A program made the translations under genes and the position numbers. Positions 29,019-38,056 of a stretch of 64,000 bases of DNA are shown here, piece after piece; the first letter of the stretch is position 1, and each line of letters begins with the position of its first letter. A model generated the notes under the pieces. That model saw nothing but the letters and a program-made list of their open reading frames with translations, did not search any database and was not told the DNA's origin. This DNA comes from Candidatus Eiseniibacteriota bacterium (GTDB taxonomy: Bacteria > Eisenbacteria > RBG-16-71-46). The stretch is from NCBI GenBank assembly GCA_038231135.1, contig JBBRLX010000001.1:10090-74089 (forward strand). The letters are read 5' to 3'.

Positions 29019-29228
29019 CTACTTCCTGGCGGTCTTCTTCGACGATCGCCGTTTGGGGCCGCCACCGCCAGTGAGGTCGCCGCCGCTACCCTGGTTGCCA
29101 CCGCCGCCTCGCATGGTGGAACTGCGGGCGGACGTCTTCGCGGCCTTCTTGCTAGCCGTCCGCTTCTTCCCGCCGCGGTCGCCGCCGCCGCCGGTCAGGT
29201 CGCCACCACTGCCTTGATTGCCTCCCAT
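29019..29228 (-). CDS. Small Gly/Lys-rich protein with two tandem repeats (candidate modified-peptide substrate)
   Basis: The 69-aa product is MGGNQGSGGDLTGGGGDRGGKKRTASKKAAKTSARSST / MRGGGGNQGSGGDLTGGGGPKRRSSKKTARK. The two units are identical in amino acids over GGNQGSGGDLTGGGG but differ at synonymous positions in DNA, so the unit is conserved at the protein level. Confidence 0.55.
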   Translation of the reverse strand: MGGNQGSGGDLTGGGGDRGGKKRTASKKAAKTSARSSTMRGGGGNQGSGGDLTGGGGPKRRSSKKTARK

Positions 29229-29275
29229 GGACGCCCCCCTGCCAAGAGTGATGTGAATCGGTACCCTGACCGACT

Positions 29276-31693
29276 CTACGGCCTTTGCCGAGCCGCACTC
29301 AACCGAATCTGATAGTCCGGTTGCCGGGTCAGGCCGGAGGCTCCGGGCCAGCGCGACAGGTCCTCCAGCAGGTCGCGGGGCGCGGCGGCGAGCGCACGGA
29401 TCGCACGGTCGTGCTGCCCGAGCGCATCATAGGTGAGGGCGGCCGACCACATCACATCCCCGAGTGCCGGCGAGGAGCGGAGCGCCTGTTCGACCTCGAC
29501 GTCCGCCCGTCTCGCATCCCCGAGTCGGGCGCAGAGGTAGCCGAGGAAGCCCCGGAAGTACCCTCGATCCGGAGAGCTGGCGACGGCATTCTCGACCATC
29601 GTGAAGCTGTGTTCGTATGCGGCCCGAGACTCCGCGGCGTCGCCCAGGCGCAGATGACAGTCGCCCAGGTAGAGCCAGGTGAGGAACTCGGAGGAATCCC
29701 GTATCGCGGCGCGGCGCAGGAATGGAATCGCATCGCGCTCACGGGATTGGTACATGAGCACTTGTCCAAGCGACAGCAGCGCGCTCGGATCATCACGCTG
29801 CTCGAGCGCCAGGCGGAGCTCGCGTTCGGCATCGGCGAAGCGCCCCACATTCATGAGGGCGTTGGCCAGGACCGCACGCACGCGGGTCACCGTCGGAGCC
29901 AGCGCCACGGCCTTCCGGAGTTCGGGAATGGCGTCGTTGTAGGCGCCCTGGCTGAAGTACCAGCTCCCGAGATCCTGATGGGTGCGATAGTAGGCCGGCT
30001 CCACCTCGACCGCCTTGCGCAACGCCGCGATCGCCAGGTCCAGTTGATTGTCTCGCCGGTAGGCTTCGCCCAGCCGCCGCCACGCATCCGAATTGGTCGA
30101 CGGCAGTTCGGTGGCCCGCTCGTAGCGGACGATCGCCGGGGCGAACCGGCCATCGTTTGCTTCGAGCAATCCGGCGATGCGGTGCACTTCGGGCGTGTCC
30201 TGTGCGCGCAGTTCCGCGCGTCGCACGGATTCCTTGCAGCGCGCGAACCACGTGGTGTCCTGGGTGAGGTAGTACCTGCGCCACTCGGCTTCGGCCTGTC
30301 CCGCCCACGGCAGCGGCGAGCCGGGTTCCGCCGCGGCCGCATGCTTCATGAGCGCCAACGCCTCGTCGAGGCGGTCGTCGTCGCGAAGCAGCGGCAGCGC
30401 TGATTCATAGATCCGCCGAGCCTCCGGGCGGTTCATTCGTAACGTCGTGGGATCGGGCATCAGGTGCAGCGCGGCACTCACCACCGACGCCGCGGCGACA
30501 CTCGCGAATGGCAGCTCATCGGGCGCGTAGTCGCCTTCCCATCGTGTCAGCGTCTGCTGTGATCCGGTTGCGAGCAATTGCACATGCAACCCGTGACTCG
30601 TGGTCGTCGAATCCATCACGACCCGCAACTGATGCGTCGCACCCACCATCGAATGCGTAATGTGGAACGCGCGCTGCCGGGTGCCTCGAAGCGCCTGCAG
30701 GGCGCCACGCAGGTCCAGCGTGGACGACACGGCCAGGTGCACGGTCTCGGGCGGCGCATTCACGCGCCAGTACGCGACCGAGGCGGTGAGGATCACGGCC
30801 CCGAGCGCACTCAACACCAGCACTCGCCGGCGGCGCGGAGGGTCGAGTGCGCGCTGCAGCGCGGGCACGTCGGCGAAGCGCTCGCGCGGATCCATGGCGA
30901 GGCAGCGTTTCACGATTGCATCCCAGCGCCCGCCGGGCGGGCTGCGTCTGGCGGGAGACCCCGCGGTTCCGGATCGGGCGGGCGTCGAACCACTCGCGGC
31001 AACGGTCACGGTCGAGGCCGCTTCGAGCGCCCGGAGTTCCTTTGAGCTCGAGAGCAGCCTTTGAAGGACGACGCCGAACGCATAGATATCCGATGCAACC
31101 GATATCGATGCGCCCGTGAGCAGTTCGGGCGCCATGTAACCTGGCGTGCCCCCCGAACTCCCGTCCTGCCGCGGGCCCTGCGCCAGTCCGAAGTCCGTGA
31201 TCACCGCTCGAGCCGCGCCGTCGGCCGTCGGCGCCAGCAGGATGTTGTTGGGCTTGAGGTCGCCGTGCACGACACGGCAGCGATGCGCCTCGGCCAGCCC
31301 CGCGCAGATCTGCAGGGCGATGCTGCGCGCCTCCTCGTTGCGCATCGGGGCGCGTGCCAGGCGTTGCGCGAGCGTCTCGCCCTCGAGAAACTCCATGGTG
31401 ATGAAGTCCACGTCACCGGCGGGCGTGTGCGCGGAATGAATCTCGAAGATCTTGCACACGTTCGGGTGGCTCACCGAACTGGCGTTGCGGACCTCGGGTG
31501 AGAGCAGTCGCCCCAGCCCGAATCGCGCCACCTTCAGCGCGATGCGGCGGTCGAGCTTTTCGTCGTACGCTTCGTATACGATGCCCATTCCGCCGTGCGC
31601 AAGCTCACGCGTGATCCGGAAACGACCTGCCAGCAGTGCTCCGGGAGCGAAGTGATCGGGAGACTCGCGTGTTCCTGCCGGATCGTCATGCAT
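29276..31693 (-). CDS. Ser/Thr protein kinase with transmembrane segment and C-terminal TPR repeats
   Basis: The ATG at 31693 opens a kinase domain (GGMGIVYEAYD, HGDLKPNNILL, GTPGYMAPE), followed by a long TPR region. Confidence 0.8.
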   Translation of the reverse strand: MHDDPAGTRESPDHFAPGALLAGRFRITRELAHGGMGIVYEAYDEKLDRRIALKVARFGLGRLLSPEVRNASSVSHPNVCKIFEIHSAHTPAGDVDFITMEFLEGETLAQRLARAPMRNEEARSIALQICAGLAEAHRCRVVHGDLKPNNILLAPTADGAARAVITDFGLAQGPRQDGSSGGTPGYMAPELLTGASISVASDIYAFGVVLQRLLSSSKELRALEAASTVTVAASGSTPARSGTAGSPARRSPPGGRWDAIVKRCLAMDPRERFADVPALQRALDPPRRRRVLVLSALGAVILTASVAYWRVNAPPETVHLAVSSTLDLRGALQALRGTRQRAFHITHSMVGATHQLRVVMDSTTTSHGLHVQLLATGSQQTLTRWEGDYAPDELPFASVAAASVVSAALHLMPDPTTLRMNRPEARRIYESALPLLRDDDRLDEALALMKHAAAAEPGSPLPWAGQAEAEWRRYYLTQDTTWFARCKESVRRAELRAQDTPEVHRIAGLLEANDGRFAPAIVRYERATELPSTNSDAWRRLGEAYRRDNQLDLAIAALRKAVEVEPAYYRTHQDLGSWYFSQGAYNDAIPELRKAVALAPTVTRVRAVLANALMNVGRFADAERELRLALEQRDDPSALLSLGQVLMYQSRERDAIPFLRRAAIRDSSEFLTWLYLGDCHLRLGDAAESRAAYEHSFTMVENAVASSPDRGYFRGFLGYLCARLGDARRADVEVEQALRSSPALGDVMWSAALTYDALGQHDRAIRALAAAPRDLLEDLSRWPGASGLTRQPDYQIRLSAARQRP

Positions 31694-32112
31694 GGATCCA
31701 GTTTCGCCCCCGAGATGGCCGCGCCCAGCACGCTGCGAGACTCTGCGATAGTCCGTGAGCGCTTTGGCGGGTGTCAACCGAAGCAATGCCCCGGATTCGG
31801 ATCGCAGGGCCAAGTCGCTGCCACCGGCGTGGAGCCGCCGGCGAGCGGCGCGAGCAAGGCCGCTGACCTCCTCACGATGGGTCAGGGGAACAACGCCACC
31901 GAGGCGAGATCCTACCGTTTGCAGGGGTATGGCGCAGCACCGAAATCGCATCGCCACGCATCCACAAGCTCGTTCGCGCGGAGGCTAGAGGACGTTCAGG
32001 CCGGGAGGTGCGGACGGAACTCTCTTGCGTTGTGGGTGAAGTCGTACATGTCGGGCGGTTGGAACCCATCCGTCGCACGTAGGTATAGAGCTGTCCGCGG
32101 TGGTGGTGTTCA

Positions 32113-34470
32113 TCAGCGCATGCGCACCATGCGTCGGGCATCGCTCACCCCGCCCGCCTCGAGCCGGCTGAAGTACAGCCCGGCGGCCGTCGCCGCGCCC
32201 GCATCGTCGCGACCGTCCCAATCGAGCGAGTAGTGACCGGCCTCCTGCACCGTGCCCGCGACCAGCGAGCGCACGAGGCGGCCGCCGATGTCGTAGATGC
32301 GCAGCGAAACGCGGCCACGCTGCGCCAGGTCGTAGGCGAGCGCCGTGCGCGCCTGGAACGGGTTCGGGCGCGCCGCGCGCAGCATCGCATGCAGAGGCAC
32401 GCCGCCGCCGTCGACGCCGGCGACATGATTCGAATCGTAGATCGCAGTCGCGAACTCGGGGTGATCGACGAACGGGTTGCGATTGTGCTGGTACTCGTAG
32501 ATCGCGCCGTTGCGCACGCGCTCTTTCCAGCTCACGGCGTCGGCGATGCTCCACAGCAAGTACTGGTCGGCCGCCCACGGCAGCATCTGCGACTTGCTGG
32601 TCGATGCGCCGCCCGGCCACGAGGCGTCCTCGTTGAAGTACCGCGTCGAAACATAGAACTGGCTGCGCGACAGGTCGCCCTTGTAGCCGTCGATCGGCTC
32701 GAAGCAGGTGCCGCTGTATCCGGGTGACACGCAGCCGCCGAGCCGGGTGCCGTTCAGCGACGTCCAGGTGGCCGAGCCGACCTTGCCGTACGGGTAGTTG
32801 CCGCGCTCGCTGTTCACCTTGGAATCCGTCGGATAGATGATCCACAAGTCCGAGTACATCGGCAGAATGCTGCCACCGAACCACGATTGCGGAAACGAGT
32901 GCTCGCGGTTGTACGCGATGCCTTCGCTGCCGCCCGAGCCCAGCGGGCCGAACGCGAACTCGTACGGCGGTGTGCCGCCCGGGACGTCGGAGTAGACGTC
33001 CCACACCTTGCCGTCCGGACGCTTGTCGGTGTTCTGGAACGCAGTCGCGGTAAAGCTGTAGGTGAGGGAGGTGTGGGCCTTGATGATGTTGTGAAGCGCG
33101 ACGCGCAGCGCCGAACCGCGCAGGCCGATCGCGGAGTCGTAGTAGCCCGCGGGGATCGACACATCGACATAGTGGAAGACGAAGGTCGCATGGTCGGTGA
33201 AGTGCGCCATGAGATCCCCGACGCCATTCACCGTGAGCGTGCGGTCGCCCGCGGGGATGGACCGCACCGTGATCGTCACCTCCGACATCGTAACGGAGTC
33301 GCGGACCGCGTTCACCGTGGTGAGTCCATCGACACTGTAGTTGCCCGGGAGCTGCGAGGTCGAGGGGTCGACCGCGACGCTGAAGAACACCTGCAGCGTC
33401 GAATCGCTCGCTTCGTAGACGGAGGTGATGACCGGCGTCCCCGAGCCGCCACCGCCCGTGCCGGTGACGGCATAATTGAGGACCGGCGACTGCACGGTCA
33501 CGGAGTCATCGGCCGCGATGACCTGGTAATAGACGACCGTGCCACCCGTCTGTGCCGGGATGGGCGACGAGGTCTGCCAGAAGTCCCCGCTCGCGGGGGC
33601 CATGCTGATGATGTTCGGGAGCGACGAGTTACTCGTGCCCCACGCCAGCGAGACGGCGTCGAGCGCGCGCGCGGTGTCGACCACACTGGCCTGGACCGTG
33701 ACGCCGAGCGTATCGAGCGGCACCGACGGGGACGTCGAGAGGTTCGAGATCACCGGGCCCGCGGGGCCGCCGCCCGAACCGATCAAGGTGCCGGTCACCG
33801 CGACATTGTCGATCGAGGCCTTGGGACGTGCCCCCGAGGAACCAGACGGACCGGTGCCGTTGTAGTCGTAGAAGCGGATGCGCGCGGTCGGGCAATTCGT
33901 GAACGCCGCCGGCAGCGTTATGAGCGAGACGTTCTGCGAGAACGCGACATTGTTCGTAAAGTTGACCACCGAGGCGGCGGACAGTTCGGTGAACGTCGTG
34001 CCGTCGATGCTCGTGTAAACCCGCATCGAACCGTTGCGATTGCCGGTGGTGTTGAACACGGTCGCGAAATCGAAGCTCAGCGTGCCCGCGGTGACGCCGG
34101 TGAAGTCGAACAACAGGTCGATGGCGTCTGCGTTGATGTTGTCGGTGCCGTTCGTGGACAGCAGCTGGATGTTGCCGGAGCCCTTCTGCACGCCACCCGA
34201 AGTCGACGTAACGAACGTCGCCGTGCTCACCGTGATCTTGACGCCGTCGGGGATCGTTCCCGTGCCGTTGGTGCCGACGGATGCCCAGTACTGGGCGCCG
34301 ACACCGGAGGCGAAATTATTCGTCCAGTTCGCGACGTCGTTGAAGTTCTCGAGGTAGTTGCCACTCGCCATCGGGAACGGAGTGGCGGCGGAGGCCGGTG
34401 AAGCGGCTGTCCCGACGAGCAACACGAGCAGCAACAACGGAGCGGGGAAGGACACGGGGAGCTTGCGCAA
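32113..34470 (-). CDS. Secreted endonuclease-I-family nuclease with C-terminal FlgD-Ig/T9SS-like domain
   Basis: A TTG start at 34470 follows GAAAGG and gives the signal peptide MRKLPVSFPAPLLLLVLLVGTAASPASA. The Endonuclease_1 block is YNREHSFPQSWFG...YPTDSKVNSERGNYPYG. The ORF-track starts upstream at 34755 and 34596 have no signal peptide. Confidence 0.7.
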   Translation of the reverse strand: MRKLPVSFPAPLLLLVLLVGTAASPASAATPFPMASGNYLENFNDVANWTNNFASGVGAQYWASVGTNGTGTIPDGVKITVSTATFVTSTSGGVQKGSGNIQLLSTNGTDNINADAIDLLFDFTGVTAGTLSFDFATVFNTTGNRNGSMRVYTSIDGTTFTELSAASVVNFTNNVAFSQNVSLITLPAAFTNCPTARIRFYDYNGTGPSGSSGARPKASIDNVAVTGTLIGSGGGPAGPVISNLSTSPSVPLDTLGVTVQASVVDTARALDAVSLAWGTSNSSLPNIISMAPASGDFWQTSSPIPAQTGGTVVYYQVIAADDSVTVQSPVLNYAVTGTGGGGSGTPVITSVYEASDSTLQVFFSVAVDPSTSQLPGNYSVDGLTTVNAVRDSVTMSEVTITVRSIPAGDRTLTVNGVGDLMAHFTDHATFVFHYVDVSIPAGYYDSAIGLRGSALRVALHNIIKAHTSLTYSFTATAFQNTDKRPDGKVWDVYSDVPGGTPPYEFAFGPLGSGGSEGIAYNREHSFPQSWFGGSILPMYSDLWIIYPTDSKVNSERGNYPYGKVGSATWTSLNGTRLGGCVSPGYSGTCFEPIDGYKGDLSRSQFYVSTRYFNEDASWPGGASTSKSQMLPWAADQYLLWSIADAVSWKERVRNGAIYEYQHNRNPFVDHPEFATAIYDSNHVAGVDGGGVPLHAMLRAARPNPFQARTALAYDLAQRGRVSLRIYDIGGRLVRSLVAGTVQEAGHYSLDWDGRDDAGAATAAGLYFSRLEAGGVSDARRMVRMR

Positions 34471-34836
34471 GGGATGGAACCTTTCGGTCTTGGGCTCCGC
34501 GCCGCGGACCACCGGGCATTTACGGATCGGTGGCTGCGGGAGGAGACGCTTCGGCTGGTGCAAGGGACGGGCCCAGAAGGGGTACCGGATCCCCATAAGA
34601 GTAACCCGGAATGGACCGCCCGCAAATGGTTTACAGGCACCCGCGAGCCTACAACCCCACCTCACTTTCACCGCATGACGCGGACCCGGAATCCGCTCGC
34701 GCTCAGGACCCGCTCCTTGCCTGGCCGGGAATCTCCGCAGCACGACTCCCACCACTTGGACCTTGACCCCTCGCCCAGTTCGGAGCCACTATTGCGAAAG
34801 TCTTGACTTCAGGGAATCACCCTGGGAACCCCTTAC

Positions 34837-35448
34837 ATGGCCGCCGCCCGCCTTCGTGCCGTTCTACTCGCCGTCATCCTCTGCGCCGTGTGCGTCTCCG
34901 CCGCGCAAGCCACTGGTGTCATCTGCGGCACCGTGCGTGACGCGATCACGGCTCAGCCCATCGTCGGTGCCGGCATCTTCGTCCGGCAGACCACCGGCCC
35001 GTACACGGGGCTGAACGGCGCGACCGACGCCGCCGGGCATTACTGCATCGGCGGTATTCCGGCGGGCACCTACGATCTCGAAGTGCGTGTCGACGACTAC
35101 CAGGTCGCCTATCGCCGCGGCGTCGTGGTAACCGACCAGACGACGGGTGTGGATGTCGACGCGCATTTCCTCAAGAGCACGCTGTCTCCGCCCTGGCCCA
35201 ACCCGGCCCGGAACGGTGTGAGCTTCCGCCTGCGCATTCGTGATGCGGGGACGATCGGGCTCGCGGTGGTCGACTTGAACGGGCGGCTGTTGAAGGGCTG
35301 GACCGGACTCGCCGGTGCCGGTGAGGACCGCACCATCCACTGGGACTTTCGCGACGCCGCCGGACGCACGCTGCCGGCGGGTCGCTACTTCCTGCGACTG
35401 AGCGCGGGTGATCTCGCGATGATTCGTTCGTTCGTGCGTCTTCCTTAG
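34837..35448 (+). CDS. Secreted carboxypeptidase-regulatory-like domain protein with C-terminal FlgD-Ig/T9SS-like domain
   Basis: The product has a signal peptide, then GTVRDAITAQPIVGAGIFV (CarbopepD_reg-like), then the C-terminal PWPNPARNGVSFRL...YFLRLSAGD. Confidence 0.65.
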   Translation: MAAARLRAVLLAVILCAVCVSAAQATGVICGTVRDAITAQPIVGAGIFVRQTTGPYTGLNGATDAAGHYCIGGIPAGTYDLEVRVDDYQVAYRRGVVVTDQTTGVDVDAHFLKSTLSPPWPNPARNGVSFRLRIRDAGTIGLAVVDLNGRLLKGWTGLAGAGEDRTIHWDFRDAAGRTLPAGRYFLRLSAGDLAMIRSFVRLP

Positions 35449-35459
35449 GAGAACCTCCG

Positions 35460-37904
35460 ATGCCCCGCTCCCTGCGAGTCTCGAACCCCCGGTTGTACGC
35501 GACGCTCGCATGCTCGGTCGCAGTCGTCCTGCTGGCCCTCCAGGCGGGGTGCGGCAGCAACGCCAGGAGCGTGTTCGAGCCGCTCGCCCCGACGCCGACT
35601 GGCGCGGTGATCGCGGGCTCTGTGCGCGCGCAGGGCGGCGGCGTCCTCCCGGGCGTGGTCGTCACGCTCGAGGCGATCGACGGTGGGTTGTCCGCGAGCG
35701 TGTACCGCGCGATGCGTGATGTCGCTCCGGCGGCGGCGAGTCTCGGGCGCGGGGGGCGGTTGCCCCTCGTGGGCGCACCGGCGACCACCACCAACGGACG
35801 CGCGCCCAGCGCCGTGCTCGGCACGCCGAGCCGTTCCGCAGTGACCGACTCGCGCGGCGGCTTCGCGTTCGCGGGTGTGGCCTCGGGTGCGTATCTATTG
35901 ACCGGGATCACGCAGAACCACCAGGCGGGAACGGCGCACGCCGACGTTCCGCACATCGAGTCGAGCACGGCCGTCGAGACGACCTTCGTGAACATCTCGA
36001 TGATGCCGACCGGCAAGTTCTACGGCAACGTCACGCTCGAGAACGCGACGAACCACCAGAGCACGATCGTCTACGTGGATGGCACCTCGTACCTGGCGGT
36101 CACCAACGCGGCCGGCAATTACCGGATCGAGGGCGTGCCGGTGGGAACGTGGACCGTGCGCGGTACGCATCCGGGTTACCTCGATCGTTCGACGAGCGGA
36201 TCCATCGCCGCGGCGGGCGACAGCATCCCGCTCGCCAGCTTCCAGCTGCCGCTCAACTCGAACATCCCGCCGACTGCGGCAGCGAACGCTCCGACTTCGC
36301 TGGTCACGCACGTGCCGACCAGCTTCTCGGGCTCGGGCGCCGACGACGACGGCACGATCGTGCGCTACGAGTGGGATTTCGAGAACGACGGCACCTTCGA
36401 CTACTCGAGCCCGACGTCCGCGAGCACCACGCACGCCTACCCGTCGAACGGCACCTATGTCGCGAAGTTGCGCGTCACCGACAACCAGGGGGCCATCGGG
36501 CTCGACGCGATCACGTTCACCGTGACGAACGCGGTATTCCTCTCCACCACGGGCGGCGACGCGAACCCCGGCACGTTCGATCAGCCGGTGGCCACGTTCG
36601 CCCAGGCGTTCTCGCTCGCCGCGTCGCAGAACCTGACCAACGTCTACGTGGCCACGGGGACGTACACCGAAGCGCCCGTCTTCCCGGCCGGCCTCGAGAT
36701 TCGCGGCGGGTATACTTCGGGCGCCACGTGGACCCGGACTGCCGGCAACTACAGCATCGTCAACGTGGGCCTGTCCCCGGCGCTGGCATCCGGCGTCAGC
36801 AGCGCGACGCTCGTCAGCGGCCTCGATATTCGCGCCAGCAATCAAATCGCTCCAGGCGCCAGTTCGATCGCGATGCGCGTGCAGAACAGCACCGCGGCCC
36901 TGCAGTTCACGGACTGCAAGTTCTCGGCGGGCAACGGCGGCAATGCCAATAACGGATCCAGCGGCGTCGCCGGCAGCAGTGGCTCCAGTGCCGGCGGTCA
37001 GGGGGGCGGCGTCGGCGGCATTCCCGGTGGCGGCCTGGGAGGCGCGGGCGGGGGCGGTGGCAACTTCGGTTCCGGCGGTGGCAATGGGGGGAATGGCGGG
37101 AACTTCTGCGGCGGCAATAGCGGTGGTTTCGGTGGAAGTGGTTTCTCGTGCTCCCCCGGCGGCGGCGGCGGCAATGGTTTCCCCGGGACCAATTGCGCCC
37201 CCGGTGACGGCCCCAACGGAGCCTCACTCACCGGTGCGGGTACCGTGGTGACCGGAGTGTGGGTCCCCGCCGCGGGCAACTCGGGTGTTCAGGGCGCGGG
37301 CGGAGCGGGCGGCGGTGGCGGCGGTGGCGGCGGCGGCACGACGACTGGATTCCTGTGCGGCAACAACGCGACCGGCGGAGCGGGCGGTGGCGGTGGCGGC
37401 GGAGGTGGATTCGGTACGGGCGGCGTGGGAGGCCAGGGAGGTGGCGCGTCGTTCGCTGTGTTCCTCCTCAACTCGTCTCCCATCTTCAGTGCGTGCTCCT
37501 TCACCTCCAAGTTCGGCGGGGCGGGTGGAATTGGCGGCAACGGTGGCGGATTCGGGCTCGGCGCCAATGGAGCCGGCGGATCCGCCGGCGGCCTCAACGC
37601 GGGTTCGGGCGGGCCTGGCGCCCTGGCCGGAAGGGGAGGCGGTGGTGGCGGCGGCGGTGGCGGGGCGGGCGGCCTGACCGTTTGCGTCGCGAGCGTGGGA
37701 GCGTCTTCGCCGACGCTCACGAGTCCCTCGTACACCGTGGGTCTCGGGGGCTCCGCGGGCAGCGGCGGATTCAACGGCGGCACCGCCACGCAAGCGCCGG
37801 CGGGCCCGAATGGCACGTCGGCTCAGACGTTGCTGCTTCCGGGTTCCGAACCGGGACTGGTGGGGAGCAGGGTGACGGTGCGGCATGAGGGCAGGAGCCG
37901 CTGA
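35460..37904 (+). CDS. Lipoprotein with Cna-B/carboxypeptidase-regulatory-like domains, a PKD domain and an ~300-aa extreme Gly-rich C-terminal region
   Basis: Lipobox LALQAGC. PKD block IVRYEWDFENDGTFDYSSP...YVAKLRVTDNQGA. From about aa 480 the sequence is mostly GGxGG, GN and GS runs. Confidence 0.6.
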   Translation: MPRSLRVSNPRLYATLACSVAVVLLALQAGCGSNARSVFEPLAPTPTGAVIAGSVRAQGGGVLPGVVVTLEAIDGGLSASVYRAMRDVAPAAASLGRGGRLPLVGAPATTTNGRAPSAVLGTPSRSAVTDSRGGFAFAGVASGAYLLTGITQNHQAGTAHADVPHIESSTAVETTFVNISMMPTGKFYGNVTLENATNHQSTIVYVDGTSYLAVTNAAGNYRIEGVPVGTWTVRGTHPGYLDRSTSGSIAAAGDSIPLASFQLPLNSNIPPTAAANAPTSLVTHVPTSFSGSGADDDGTIVRYEWDFENDGTFDYSSPTSASTTHAYPSNGTYVAKLRVTDNQGAIGLDAITFTVTNAVFLSTTGGDANPGTFDQPVATFAQAFSLAASQNLTNVYVATGTYTEAPVFPAGLEIRGGYTSGATWTRTAGNYSIVNVGLSPALASGVSSATLVSGLDIRASNQIAPGASSIAMRVQNSTAALQFTDCKFSAGNGGNANNGSSGVAGSSGSSAGGQGGGVGGIPGGGLGGAGGGGGNFGSGGGNGGNGGNFCGGNSGGFGGSGFSCSPGGGGGNGFPGTNCAPGDGPNGASLTGAGTVVTGVWVPAAGNSGVQGAGGAGGGGGGGGGGTTTGFLCGNNATGGAGGGGGGGGGFGTGGVGGQGGGASFAVFLLNSSPIFSACSFTSKFGGAGGIGGNGGGFGLGANGAGGSAGGLNAGSGGPGALAGRGGGGGGGGGGAGGLTVCVASVGASSPTLTSPSYTVGLGGSAGSGGFNGGTATQAPAGPNGTSAQTLLLPGSEPGLVGSRVTVRHEGRSR
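36900..37750 (+). repeat. Coding low-complexity Gly-codon (GGC/GGT/GGN) repeat tract
   Basis: Runs of GGCGG, GGTGG and GGCGGCGGTGGC were seen directly. The antisense frame reads as poly-Pro pseudo-ORFs. Confidence 0.6.
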
Positions 37905-38056
37905 TCCACTCTTCAACCAGCGCTTCAAGTGGTGTCCACGAATCAATGATGATCAGCAGCGCTGTGATCGTTCCCGGTGACCCCCGGGTCGTCGGGCCAA
38001 CCAAGTGCAGTCCTCGCGCCGGCCGCCGCCCCCAGCGCCGCGCCTTGGAGCCGCCG

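Noticed and set aside
29019-29228. Interpreting the Gly/Lys repeat ORF as a spurious GC-rich ORF
   Set aside because: The two repeat units conserve amino acids while differing synonymously in DNA, which is a signature of selection on the frame. The ATG is correctly spaced between flanking genes in an operon.
36900-37750. Possible CRISPR or other non-coding repeat array suggested by the GGC/GGT periodicity
   Set aside because: The repeats are short, non-uniform codon repeats inside one continuous reading frame with a signal-peptide-bearing N-terminus. There is no repeat/spacer structure and no cas genes.
37289-37816. 175-aa poly-Pro ORF on the minus strand, and other ORFs at 36907-37946
   Set aside because: These are antisense or frameshifted readings of the Gly-codon repeat tract inside the 35460..37904 lipoprotein gene.
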